Virus record (IMG/VR): IMGVR_UViG_3300032219_001311
Location: 1 to 27,331 of that record
DNA length: 27,331 bases
Reading direction: 5' to 3' (one strand)
Source of the DNA: a virus
Lineage: Duplodnaviria > Caudoviricetes
In this document: in pieces, positions 1 through 7,695 of the stretch
Layout: each line of letters starts with the position of its first letter
Position numbering within the stretch: the first letter of the stretch is position 1
Position numbers and translations under genes: made by a program
The notes under the pieces: model-generated
Told to the model about the DNA's origin: nothing
What the model saw: the letters and a program-made list of their open reading frames with translations, nothing else
The model's database searches: none

Positions 1-213
1 GATCAAGCCAATGTCGTGGCAACCGAACGCACCAACACCATTCGTGAAATATACAAGACGGCTCCTGCCATTCCTGTTGATTGCGCTGGTTCTGATGCTT
101 TGCGCAGGGTGCTCGAAAGCGGTGTCAGTGACGCCAATGCCGCTGCCACCGGCAAACCTAGCGGCGAAGTGCCCAAATCTTCAGAACCCGCCAGTGGTAA
201 TGATCGACCCTGA
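1..213 (+). CDS. i-spanin (Rz-like), C-terminal part; 5' end outside window
   Basis: Frame 1 is open from base 1 (DQANVVATERTNTIREIYK..VDC..DANAAATG) and overlaps a lipoprotein ORF in another frame, the Rz/Rz1 arrangement. Confidence 0.7.
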   Translation, partial: DQANVVATERTNTIREIYKTAPAIPVDCAGSDALRRVLESGVSDANAAATGKPSGEVPKSSEPASGNDRP

Positions 214-316
214 GCGGGCGCTTTGGGAAGCAGATATACTTGCAAAGTACATAGATTGCGCAACCAAGCATCGCTTGACTGTTCAAGCATGGGTTGACGC
301 AGTAGCTGTAAAGTAA
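44..316 (+). CDS. o-spanin (Rz1-like) lipoprotein
   Basis: Signal peptide (KYTRR + LLPFLLIALVLML), lipobox CAG-C, Pro-rich PMPLPPANLAAKCP and a second downstream Cys (DCATKH). GTG at 44 chosen over ATG at 11. Confidence 0.8.
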   Translation: MKYTRRLLPFLLIALVLMLCAGCSKAVSVTPMPLPPANLAAKCPNLQNPPVVMIDPERALWEADILAKYIDCATKHRLTVQAWVDAVAVK

Positions 317-319
317 CCC

Positions 320-634
320 CTAGCTACCTTCAGGAGTAACAAGTCGGTTCAAATACCAGACCGCTTTGCGGTAATCTTCAGTCGCGTCATTCTTGTGATT
401 GGCGCGGCTGATGTATTTTAGGGCATTGCCCTTGCAGTAGCCTTCAAATTGTTCCGGCGTTAGCTTAGCTTGAATATAGTCGATGGTTTCAACGCCGCCT
501 ACCTTATAGTGCGGGGGATCGTTTACCATGTCAGATATGGGATAACCCACCCTGTTCATTTCCCCATCGCATGCTGAGCAGAGGCTGGAAAGACTGACAC
601 CGTGTTCGCACACATAATCTTTAAGTGATGTCAT
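320..634 (-). CDS. DUF3310 family protein (T7 gp1.7 nucleotide-kinase-like)
   Basis: Signature DMVNDPPHY..GGVETIDYI...GYCKGNALKYISRA.HK....DYRKAVWYL, with an N-terminal Cys/His extension. Confidence 0.85.
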   Translation of the reverse strand: MTSLKDYVCEHGVSLSSLCSACDGEMNRVGYPISDMVNDPPHYKVGGVETIDYIQAKLTPEQFEGYCKGNALKYISRANHKNDATEDYRKAVWYLNRLVTPEGS

Positions 635-876
635 TGCTGAAGGGCCTTTACCTTGCCAATAAACAGGGGATTGAGGGCAATTTTACCAACACTGTAAAAG
701 TTGCCTGATCCCCTAACGGCTTCGTTGTCCTTGTAGATCTCATCGACAATGATAAAATCGGAATCGCTCAATTCGCGGGTTAATGCCTCCAAGCTTTTTG
801 CCGGATGCTCACCAATGATCTGGTGGACTGAATTACCGCTGCGCGATGGCATATTCATTGTGATCTGAAATCTCAT
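631..876 (-). CDS. hypothetical phage protein
   Basis: 81-aa ORF with GAGG RBS and an ATGA overlap with the downstream gene. Confidence 0.7.
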   Translation of the reverse strand: MRFQITMNMPSRSGNSVHQIIGEHPAKSLEALTRELSDSDFIIVDEIYKDNEAVRGSGNFYSVGKIALNPLFIGKVKALQQ

Positions 877-887
877 AATAATACCTC

Positions 888-919
888 AAAAAGATGGGCG
901 GGATATAGCACCCCGCCCA
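888..919 (-). terminator. intrinsic terminator after SSB-like gene
   Basis: Minus strand reads TGGGCGGG-GTGCTATAT-CCCGCCCA-TCTTTTT. Confidence 0.65.
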
Positions 920-931
920 CCCTCTTGTCCA

Positions 932-1618
932 TTAGCCGAAATCGTCTTCCGACGATGCTTCGGCGGCAGGAGCAGACACCTGCGTCGAGCCAGTCGAAGG
1001 CGGCAGTGCAGGGGCTGGTGTAGAAGCTTGCACAGGCGCAGGGGTCACGCCACCACCATTCTTAGGGCTAAACACAAGGTCGGCTGGACGCTCAACCCAG
1101 CTTGCGATCTTAAAGACCGGAGCGTAGTTGGTCGTTTTCACAGGCTCACCCTTATCGTTACGTCCCTGCGTAACAATTGGGATTACGGTTTCAAGGGAAA
1201 CAACAGGAAGCTTGCCTGCATTTGCCTTTACGCCAGCCAAATATTCGTTGTGGCAAGAGTCGAAAGCACCCAGCATGGCCTTAGCCGTAGACGCAATCTC
1301 GCGCACATCGCCACCGCAATCCTTGCCCAGCTTCAGCATCATGCGAATGCCCTGCTTGAAATTAGGACCCGGCTTTTCAGGCATGGGCTGACCAATTGGG
1401 GCAACCCTAAATATAGGCGCTGAGCCAGCGGGGAAATCAATGAAGCCCACCTCAATGTTTTCAAAGTCCATAACGGCCTTGAAAGTCTGGGTGATGTCTA
1501 CAGGGTTATTAACCCCATCGACACGGTCAACACGGGAAAACCGTCCTGCCCGTGCGTCAAACTTAATGATGGGGATGATGTCGCCACCGGATGTTTCGTA
1601 ATTAAAACCAAATGCCAT
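932..1618 (-). CDS. putative single-stranded DNA-binding protein
   Basis: Beta-rich core, Pro/Ala/Ser linker and acidic-aromatic tail (SSEDDFG), directly downstream of the nuclease gene. Confidence 0.55.
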   Translation of the reverse strand: MAFGFNYETSGGDIIPIIKFDARAGRFSRVDRVDGVNNPVDITQTFKAVMDFENIEVGFIDFPAGSAPIFRVAPIGQPMPEKPGPNFKQGIRMMLKLGKDCGGDVREIASTAKAMLGAFDSCHNEYLAGVKANAGKLPVVSLETVIPIVTQGRNDKGEPVKTTNYAPVFKIASWVERPADLVFSPKNGGGVTPAPVQASTPAPALPPSTGSTQVSAPAAEASSEDDFG

Positions 1619-1684
1619 TTTACATTTTCCTTTTATGGCGCTGTTTAGCCAGCACCTTGCTTCCCCGCATTGTGCGGAAACTGG

Positions 1685-2443
1685 TTATATGCCCCAGATC
1701 TCAAACGCCTGCTGGCGCGAAACTGGATCATTGAAATAGAAACTGTCTGTATCTGGAACGACAAATGAAGCCAGTTCCATAGGATCATCGCTAAGCGCCA
1801 AGAAGCGCTGTATGGTAAGTCCAATCTTGCCAAGCGCTTCTACATGCTCACGGGCGTTTTCAAGGGCGTATGTGGCATGTTTCTTGGACGTAATGTATGT
1901 CACCCGCGCAGACAGGTTATCACCCCTTGCAGCGCGATACAGGGCCACCTGACGTGCATGCGGCTGGCTGATCTTGCTAGGCAGCGCGTGTGTGGTCTTT
2001 AGATCGGTCAGCATGCCATGCTGCTCCCACTCAAAGTCGTAATAGCCAATCATGGGGACAAGCAGGCCCTCAATGTCTAAGCTAACGCTACCCTGAGCGG
2101 ATGACGGTGTGCCATAGCCGCGCAATTCGCGCAGACCCATCTCCACCATGTCTGGAATCGCTTTGCGCTCTTTATCGACCTTGTCGCCGCTAATAAACGA
2201 TGCCAGCGTGTTAAACTTGTCCAGTGCGATCTTGGTGCAATCCACTAAGGGGGCGGTAAGATTGAAAAGCCCGTGGGCAACGCCATCTTCAACAGCCGTA
2301 CCGCGATAAGCGCCGGGGCCCACAGATGACGTTTTCTTTAGACACTTATTCATGACGAAGGTGGCCAAAGACGATGTGAACAGGTTGCACGTCGATGGCG
2401 ACAGGTGTTGGATATTATGCACTTCAAACGGATTGCTCATCAT
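1685..2443 (-). CDS. PD-(D/E)XK nuclease (RecB/Cas4-like phage exonuclease)
   Basis: Motifs HLSPS, RGTAVE, GYYDF, TDLKTT, QVALY. Confidence 0.85.
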   Translation of the reverse strand: MMSNPFEVHNIQHLSPSTCNLFTSSLATFVMNKCLKKTSSVGPGAYRGTAVEDGVAHGLFNLTAPLVDCTKIALDKFNTLASFISGDKVDKERKAIPDMVEMGLRELRGYGTPSSAQGSVSLDIEGLLVPMIGYYDFEWEQHGMLTDLKTTHALPSKISQPHARQVALYRAARGDNLSARVTYITSKKHATYALENAREHVEALGKIGLTIQRFLALSDDPMELASFVVPDTDSFYFNDPVSRQQAFEIWGI

Positions 2444-2628
2444 TCTTCCTCAATGGTGATACGATATGACTGACCGTTGCGGTCAACAATCCGCAGCGAT
2501 GAAACCGCTGATTGCAGGTCATTTGTTACCTCCCGTGGCATGGAAAGCAAGCCTTCAGGATCTGCAAAAGAAAACTGCTGTGCGATGCGGTGCGTTATAT
2601 ATTCCTGCATTTTTGAATGTATTTGCAT
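2440..2628 (-). CDS. hypothetical protein, first gene of leftward operon
   Basis: 62-aa ORF with ATGA coupling to the nuclease gene, downstream of the leftward promoter. Confidence 0.6.
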   Translation of the reverse strand: MQIHSKMQEYITHRIAQQFSFADPEGLLSMPREVTNDLQSAVSSLRIVDRNGQSYRITIEEE

Positions 2629-2663
2629 AAGATTTCCATAAATAGATAATTAATTGATGCGCA

Positions 2664-2694
2664 GGACAGTACGCCCGCAGGCAAAATACGTCAA
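2664..2694 (-). promoter_or_regulatory. leftward sigma70-type promoter with operator
   Basis: TTGACG (2694-2689), 17 bp, TACTGT (2671-2666). Degenerate palindrome GGACA-GTA-CGCCC at 2664-2676 overlaps the -10. Confidence 0.65.
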
Positions 2695-2708
2695 CCCACA
2701 AAATAATG

Positions 2709-2738
2709 TTGACATCGCGGGCACACTGCCCGTACCTA
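2709..2738 (+). promoter_or_regulatory. rightward sigma70-type promoter with operator
   Basis: TTGACA (2709), 18 bp, TACCTA. Palindrome GGGCA-CAC-TGCCC at 2719-2731 lies in the spacer. Confidence 0.7.
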
Positions 2739-2776
2739 GACGGCCCTAATAATAATTAAATCAGTGGAGATATTTT

Positions 2777-2983
2777 ATGGATGATACCCAAGTGCTTGAG
2801 ATAATTAAGAGATCACAAAGAGCGTTTAGGCGCGCAGATAAAATAGCGCAGGAAAAGCGCGTAATTGAAAATGAAATTCGGGATTTGTGCCGTGAATATG
2901 CTGAAGCTTGCCGTGTGTGGAACTGGCAACCTCATATGCTGCGTCAGGCAGTCGATGCCCGCATGGGCAAAAAGGCCGCTTGA
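2777..2983 (+). CDS. small coiled-coil protein, possibly divergent GapR/DUF2312-like
   Basis: GGAG RBS. EKRVIENEIRDLCREY..W.PHMLRQAV..R resembles the GapR pattern EKK.I..DIKDVY.EA...FD.K.LR..I..R. Confidence 0.45.
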   Translation: MDDTQVLEIIKRSQRAFRRADKIAQEKRVIENEIRDLCREYAEACRVWNWQPHMLRQAVDARMGKKAA

Positions 2984-3009
2984 CATCATAGGACGTGCCG
3001 CCCTACCTT
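2980..3009 (+). promoter_or_regulatory. second rightward promoter with operator, upstream of HTH gene
   Basis: TTGACA (2980), 18 bp, TACCTT. Degenerate palindrome GGACG-TGC-CGCCC at 2991-3003; same TTGACATC...GCCC..TACCT layout as 2709. Confidence 0.6.
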
Positions 3010-3043
3010 GTATGGCGACACCTAACGAGCAATTGGAGTTAAA

Positions 3044-3253
3044 ATGAAGCAGACCAAAGAAGATTTTGCACTGGCGCGGGGTTCGTTGAAAATGACAACT
3101 ACGCAAATGGCTAGGGCATTGCGCATGGGGATAGGTTCAGACCGAACGATCAGGCGCTATGAAAGTGGCGAGTGCCCTGTGCCGGGACCAACGTCAGTTG
3201 CGGTGGAAGCCCTGCTGACAGGGTTCAGGCCGGAGGGTTTTGAGGAAGGTTAG
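3044..3253 (+). CDS. Cro/CI-type (XRE) HTH regulator
   Basis: MTTTQMARALRMG..SDRTIRRYESGECPVP pattern; GGAG RBS. Confidence 0.8.
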   Translation: MKQTKEDFALARGSLKMTTTQMARALRMGIGSDRTIRRYESGECPVPGPTSVAVEALLTGFRPEGFEEG

Positions 3254-3276
3254 TAAACGCATTTAAGGAGCAAAAA

Positions 3277-3363
3277 ATGTTAGAATTTCAAGATCTGCCG
3301 CAACATTTGCGCGGCAAAACTCGCTTATTCTTTTTACCCATCTTATCCAAAAATCTGGGATGA
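3277..3363 (+). CDS. 28-aa small ORF (not in ORF track)
   Basis: AAGGAG RBS, ATG 3277, MLEFQDLPQHLRGKTRLFFLPILSKNLG, ATGA overlap with the ORF at 3360. Confidence 0.5.
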   Translation: MLEFQDLPQHLRGKTRLFFLPILSKNLG

Positions 3364-3602
3364 CCGACACCCCGCCCGACCACATCGAAACGGTGGAAGA
3401 TCTGGTGACTGAAATGGCGAGGGCGATAAACCCTGCCGCTTTTTCAGATGGCGGTTCAAAAAGCCAGATAGCCCTGTGCCGCTTTGCGGCCAGACGGGCT
3501 TTGACAGTCGTTGCGCCAATAATGGTGCGTGAAGCTGCTGCTTTGGCCGGTGACAACAAAGAGATCGCCGCAAATATCATGCGGCTGAATGAAATTTTTT
3601 GA
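3360..3602 (+). CDS. hypothetical protein
   Basis: 80-aa helical ORF in operon register. Confidence 0.6.
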   Translation: MTDTPPDHIETVEDLVTEMARAINPAAFSDGGSKSQIALCRFAARRALTVVAPIMVREAAALAGDNKEIAANIMRLNEIF

Positions 3603-3618
3603 GGTTAGGGAAATATTT

Positions 3619-3897
3619 ATGAGAGATGACATAGCGCCATTTGATGAACATGGGCTCATTGAAGCCGCTGATAAGGTTCACAAGTTTATGATGGAGGTTT
3701 CGCCAAATCCCGGAGATGCGCTGGGGATAGCTTGCATGCTTATAACCAATTTTCTTGCATCCGGAATAACCTCCGGAATGGCTGGAGAAGAAATTACTGA
3801 CATGGTCTTGAATTCAATCCGCGAGAACGTCAGTGATTCGGTTGCGGCGATTTACGATGGTCTTGCGGCAGACGTTGTGACCGAAACAATTCAGTAA
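3619..3897 (+). CDS. hypothetical acidic protein
   Basis: ORF 3589-3897; ATG 3619 chosen because it follows GAGG/AGGG and avoids overlap. Confidence 0.6.
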   Translation: MRDDIAPFDEHGLIEAADKVHKFMMEVSPNPGDALGIACMLITNFLASGITSGMAGEEITDMVLNSIRENVSDSVAAIYDGLAADVVTETIQ

Positions 3898-3903
3898 AAG
3901 GAA

Positions 3904-4095
3904 ATGAGCATGAAAGATAAGTACGCATATCCAACCATTTCAAACACAGGCCCAAGGCCCGGAATGGAACTTCGCGACTGGTTCGCCGGACAGGCTTTGC
4001 AAGCAATAGGCAGTAAGAATTCGCCGTATGATACGGCACGGGCTGCATATTTGTTCGCTGACGCAATGATGACAGAAAGGGACAAAAGCCTGTGA
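3904..4095 (+). CDS. conserved small phage protein (GM.LRD.FA..A...AY..ADAM type)
   Basis: GMELRDWFAGQAL...AYLFADAMM, a motif I recognise as common in phage early regions. Confidence 0.75.
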   Translation: MSMKDKYAYPTISNTGPRPGMELRDWFAGQALQAIGSKNSPYDTARAAYLFADAMMTERDKSL

Positions 4096-4562
4096 TCATC
4101 CTTGGCATCGATCCCGGATTAAGTGGAGCGCTTGCGTTCTACGATACGGTCGAACAAGCTGTTGAGGTGATCGACATGCCGGTGTTGGAACTTGTCCGTA
4201 ACGGCAAAAAGAAACGGGAGGTCAGCGCGCAATCGCTGGCCAACCACATTGCAGGCAGGAAGATCAGCGGCGCTTTTCTGGAGCGCGTCAATGCAATGAC
4301 CGGACAGGGCGTGACATCTGTTTTCAGCTTTGGTCGATCATTGGGGATTGTCGAAGGCATCCTTGCTGCATATGACATACCAACAACGCTTGTAACGCCT
4401 CAGGCGTGGCAGAAGGCTGTTAATCAGCGCGCAGGTAAAGACGGAAGCCGTGAAAGAGCAATGCAGCTTTTTCCCGCGCAGGTCGATCTGTTCCAGCGCA
4501 AGAAAGACGATGGACGATCTGACGCTTCCCTCATAGCTTATTACGGAGCGAAAACGCTTTAA
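4092..4562 (+). CDS. RuvC-like Holliday junction resolvase
   Basis: ILGIDPGLSGA, LE.V, SVFSFG..G, VTPQAWQK, DGRSDASLIA. Confidence 0.88.
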   Translation: MIILGIDPGLSGALAFYDTVEQAVEVIDMPVLELVRNGKKKREVSAQSLANHIAGRKISGAFLERVNAMTGQGVTSVFSFGRSLGIVEGILAAYDIPTTLVTPQAWQKAVNQRAGKDGSRERAMQLFPAQVDLFQRKKDDGRSDASLIAYYGAKTL

Positions 4563-4586
4563 TTATATATTGATCAGGGGCTGATA

Positions 4587-6713
4587 GTGGAAAATATTCA
4601 ATTCGATTACGATTTTGCAGGTCCTGCTGACTATGCCAAAATGTACCGCCAGTTGGGCATTCAGGTCGTACCGGCCAAGATGCCTCGCGAAGATAAGGCA
4701 TGGAAGCGTCCCGTCATCAAGTGGCGTGATTATGAAGATCACATTGCAGACGATGACACGTTCAACAATTGGTTTGGCGCAAGCGGTGAATTCCGCTCTC
4801 GCCCAAACATGGGCATCATTACAGGCGATGCGTCAGGCGGTACGTTTGTCTTAGACATCGATCTGCACAACCATCCGAAAGCCAAGACGTGGCTGGATGA
4901 CTTGATTGAAAACCATAACCGCAGCATGCCGATCAATGCGCCGACACAGCGCACTGGTGGCGGTGGCTTGCAGTTGCTGTTCAAGTCCCCTGAAGGCTGG
5001 GTGTCGCCCACCAACAAGACAAGCATGGGCGTAGACATCAGGGGACATGGTGGTTTTGCCATGCTGCCACCAAGCCAACATGAAAGCGGTCACGCTTACG
5101 AATGGATCAAGGGCTTTGAACCTTGGAACATAGCCATCCCTGAGGCTCCCACATGGCTTATAGAGGCCATCGATGAACTGCTGGCACAGTTTACCAAGGT
5201 CGAGCGCGGTGAGCGTACAGACAGTCCCGCAGTGGCGACAGATGCCTTCGGCCAGATCGTGGATGGTCGCGAAGATTACATGACGCGCCTGATCTGGGCG
5301 CGGGTCGTGCAATTATATCGTGACGCCCCGTTTATCGTCGATGATATATCGGAACGTGAAATGCGCGAGGCGTTCACAAAGTACGACCAGAACGTCAAAA
5401 GCAGGCTGTTTGAGCCCGGAACCCCAAACCACATGCTATTGGAGCGCGAAGGGCGCGGTGCGTCCCTTTTCCTTCAGAAATGGCAAACTGCCATGGGCCA
5501 GTGGGATGGTCGCGTAAAGGAAGCGGCGGCTGTCTCCGCACCAGAAAAAAAGCCCGATACGGCTTTTCATGAACAGACCGGTGACGGTGGCGATGGTTTG
5601 CATACCTTAACGCAGGCCGACATTGATGTTTATGAAAGGCTGAGCGTCCGCGACATCAAGGCATTGCCAGATCCAAAGTATTTAATTGAAGGCATTGTGA
5701 TCGAAAATTCCCTGATGTTTGTCTACGGGCCTCCGGGTTGCGGTAAGACGTTCATTGGCCTTGGCATGGGCTTATCCATTGCTGCTGCCTTGGATGAATG
5801 GTGGGGCCGCAAGATCAACAAGCATGGCCCTGTTGTGCTTTTGTCGAGCGAAGGTGTCGCAGATCTTAAATTCCGTATCATGGCATGGGAAAAGGAAACG
5901 GGCATCAGCGTTGATGACATTCCGTTTTATCTGATCCGCCAGACCATTAACTTTATGGCTGAGGCAGATGTCGATAAGCTTTTGCGCACCGTACTGGACA
6001 TTACCAACCAGCTTGGTGAGCCTCCAGTCATGATCATGGTCGATACGGTAAGCCGTGTGCTTCCCGGAGCAGACGAAAACCTTCAGAAGGATATGACCCT
6101 GTTTATATCTGCCTGTGATCGCGTCAGGGAGGTCTTTGGGTCAACCGTGGCTGGTTACCACCACACAAGCCGTAATGGCAACCTACGGGGCTCTACGGTC
6201 TTTGACGGGGCTGGTGACGCGCTGTTGTCGATCACCCGCGAAGAGGGCGCTGAAATTGGCGAGATGCTGGCAAAGAAGATTAAGTCTGCACCGGACGGCT
6301 GGAAGCAGAACTTCCGCCTGAAAAAGGTCGAACTGGGCGACATCAAGGGCTCTACCAGCCTGTACGCTGAGCCGACAGACGATAGCGCGGCGGAAGAGCC
6401 AAAGAATGATTGGCCCGCAAAGTCTGTCTGTCAGGAGATCTTATACGCTATGCAGGAGGCTTGGACAGCAAAGCGCCCATGGTCAAACCATTACCATGCC
6501 AAACGCGATGGCCGATATGCTGTCACGATAATGGCAAGCCGTTGGGGTATGTCTCCCCAGACGGCGGAACAGATGTTGGAATCGTGGCTAATCAATGAGG
6601 TAATTGAGGTCAGTACGGCAGACTATAAGACCAAAACTCGCGGTCTGAAGGTTATGCGTACCCTTTATGATGATGCTTCGCCGCCAGCTAACGCAAATTG
6701 GTACGACGAATAA
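4587..6713 (+). CDS. Bifunctional primase-polymerase fused to AAA_25/RepA-type helicase with putative C-terminal winged helix
   Basis: N-term NMGIITG, VLDID, RTGGGG, VDIRG.GG...PPS.H..G..YEW. Walker A GPPGCGKT, SSEG, Walker B MIMVDT, HHT, RGST. Confidence 0.9.
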   Translation: MENIQFDYDFAGPADYAKMYRQLGIQVVPAKMPREDKAWKRPVIKWRDYEDHIADDDTFNNWFGASGEFRSRPNMGIITGDASGGTFVLDIDLHNHPKAKTWLDDLIENHNRSMPINAPTQRTGGGGLQLLFKSPEGWVSPTNKTSMGVDIRGHGGFAMLPPSQHESGHAYEWIKGFEPWNIAIPEAPTWLIEAIDELLAQFTKVERGERTDSPAVATDAFGQIVDGREDYMTRLIWARVVQLYRDAPFIVDDISEREMREAFTKYDQNVKSRLFEPGTPNHMLLEREGRGASLFLQKWQTAMGQWDGRVKEAAAVSAPEKKPDTAFHEQTGDGGDGLHTLTQADIDVYERLSVRDIKALPDPKYLIEGIVIENSLMFVYGPPGCGKTFIGLGMGLSIAAALDEWWGRKINKHGPVVLLSSEGVADLKFRIMAWEKETGISVDDIPFYLIRQTINFMAEADVDKLLRTVLDITNQLGEPPVMIMVDTVSRVLPGADENLQKDMTLFISACDRVREVFGSTVAGYHHTSRNGNLRGSTVFDGAGDALLSITREEGAEIGEMLAKKIKSAPDGWKQNFRLKKVELGDIKGSTSLYAEPTDDSAAEEPKNDWPAKSVCQEILYAMQEAWTAKRPWSNHYHAKRDGRYAVTIMASRWGMSPQTAEQMLESWLINEVIEVSTADYKTKTRGLKVMRTLYDDASPPANANWYDE

Positions 6714-6726
6714 GGAGGAAGGTAAA

Positions 6727-6933
6727 ATGAGCATCGTTAATAAATTAACCGGTCTTTTTACGCGAGAAGATGTCGAAGAGGCCATTAAATTCAGCAAATC
6801 TGAGGTTAAGCGCCTGCGGGAAGAACTTTTTATTTTAAGGCTGCTGCTTTCAAAGGCGCATATGCGTGATCCAAAGACAGGTCGCTTATTAAAAAAGGGC
6901 GTTATGCCAAAAAGGGAAAAGGCGCGTAAATAG
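6727..6933 (+). CDS. small coiled-coil protein with RDPKTGR motif
   Basis: AGGAGGAAGG RBS then ATG 6727. Confidence 0.7.
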   Translation: MSIVNKLTGLFTREDVEEAIKFSKSEVKRLREELFILRLLLSKAHMRDPKTGRLLKKGVMPKREKARK

Positions 6934-7085
6934 TGCCACGATTAGTGTGGACGCCTGAAAAAGATGCGCAGCTTTTGGAATATTACCGGCATGGCATGCG
7001 GCCAGCTTATATGGCTGAACAAATGGGGCTCACCATTTCGTCTGTTGAATGCAGATATAGAAAACTGAAGAAAGGGAAATTGTAA
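6933..7085 (+). CDS. 50-aa GcrA-N/Myb-like HTH protein (not in ORF track)
   Basis: GTG overlapping the upstream TAG. MPRLVWTPEKDAQLLEYYRHGMRPAYMAEQMGLTISSVECRYRKLKKGKL fits WT.E....L......G.....A..LG.T...V......L. Confidence 0.7.
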   Translation: MPRLVWTPEKDAQLLEYYRHGMRPAYMAEQMGLTISSVECRYRKLKKGKL

Positions 7086-7243
7086 TGAACTATTGTGAAG
7101 TCTTAATTGCCATAATGTTTGGTGTACAAATGTTTACCCTGTTCCTGTTATGGGAGGCGGTTAAAGACGCTAATCGCTGGAAGCGTAATGCTATTGTGCG
7201 CGATCCTAAAACAGGCCGCTTTACCAAGCGCAGTAACCGGTAA
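7085..7243 (+). CDS. 52-aa single-TM protein with RDPKTGRF motif (not in ORF track)
   Basis: TAATG coupling; MNYCEVLIAIMFGVQMFTLFLLWEAVKDANRWKRNAIVRDPKTGRFTKRSNR. Confidence 0.65.
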   Translation: MNYCEVLIAIMFGVQMFTLFLLWEAVKDANRWKRNAIVRDPKTGRFTKRSNR

Positions 7244-7255
7244 GGATCGAAGCAT

Positions 7256-7381
7256 ATGCCTGACACGCCGTTATTCATTATCATTGTAGGGCTGCTGATC
7301 GTTACCGCATATTTAATGGCAACAGCGCCAAAGACAACCGCGCAGGAGCGCAAGGAAATGGAAGAGGATTGGTGGGAATGA
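7256..7381 (+). CDS. 41-aa single-TM protein (not in ORF track)
   Basis: AAGGA RBS; MPDTPLFIIIVGLLIVTAYLMATAPKTTAQERKEMEEDWWE; ATGA overlap with the next ORF. Confidence 0.6.
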   Translation: MPDTPLFIIIVGLLIVTAYLMATAPKTTAQERKEMEEDWWE

Positions 7382-7545
7382 TACAGGAAAGAATTGATGC
7401 GCTGCGTAGGCGCGAAGATGTGTGTTGGGAAATGTCGGATGTTTTCCTGCATGCCAAGGACGCTCATGGCCTGCATGACATGGGTGTCGAGATCCAAGGG
7501 CTGCAATGGGCCATCCGCGAACTGGAGCATCTGCTGTGCAAATAA
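7378..7545 (+). CDS. 55-aa hypothetical protein (not in ORF track)
   Basis: ATGA coupling; MIQERIDALRRREDVCWEMSDVFLHAKDAHGLHDMGVEIQGLQWAIRELEHLLCK. Confidence 0.6.
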   Translation: MIQERIDALRRREDVCWEMSDVFLHAKDAHGLHDMGVEIQGLQWAIRELEHLLCK

Positions 7546-7691
7546 AAGCAGTCGGCGCGCTGATGCAGGCAGGCAATTTCACCTTCAAGGAAGCTGCCGT
7601 GATCATAACAAAGTTGGAAGCCCAAGGGCTGGCCATCTACAAAAAGAAGACGCCAAAACTAGCCCGCGCCACCATCCATATGCCATCATAA
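7536..7691 (+). CDS. hypothetical basic protein
   Basis: GGAG at about 7524 then GTG 7536, within track ORF 7506-7691; ends at the start of the repeat cluster. Confidence 0.5.
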   Translation: MQIKAVGALMQAGNFTFKEAAVIITKLEAQGLAIYKKKTPKLARATIHMPS

Positions 7692-7695
7692 AGTT

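Noticed and set aside
421-431. GGGCATTGCCC as another operator
   Set aside because: 1-bp rather than 3-bp spacer, inside a CDS, no promoter.
1685-2443. cas4 gene or CRISPR system
   Set aside because: No four-Cys Fe-S ligand set and no array; ordinary phage PD-(D/E)XK nuclease context.
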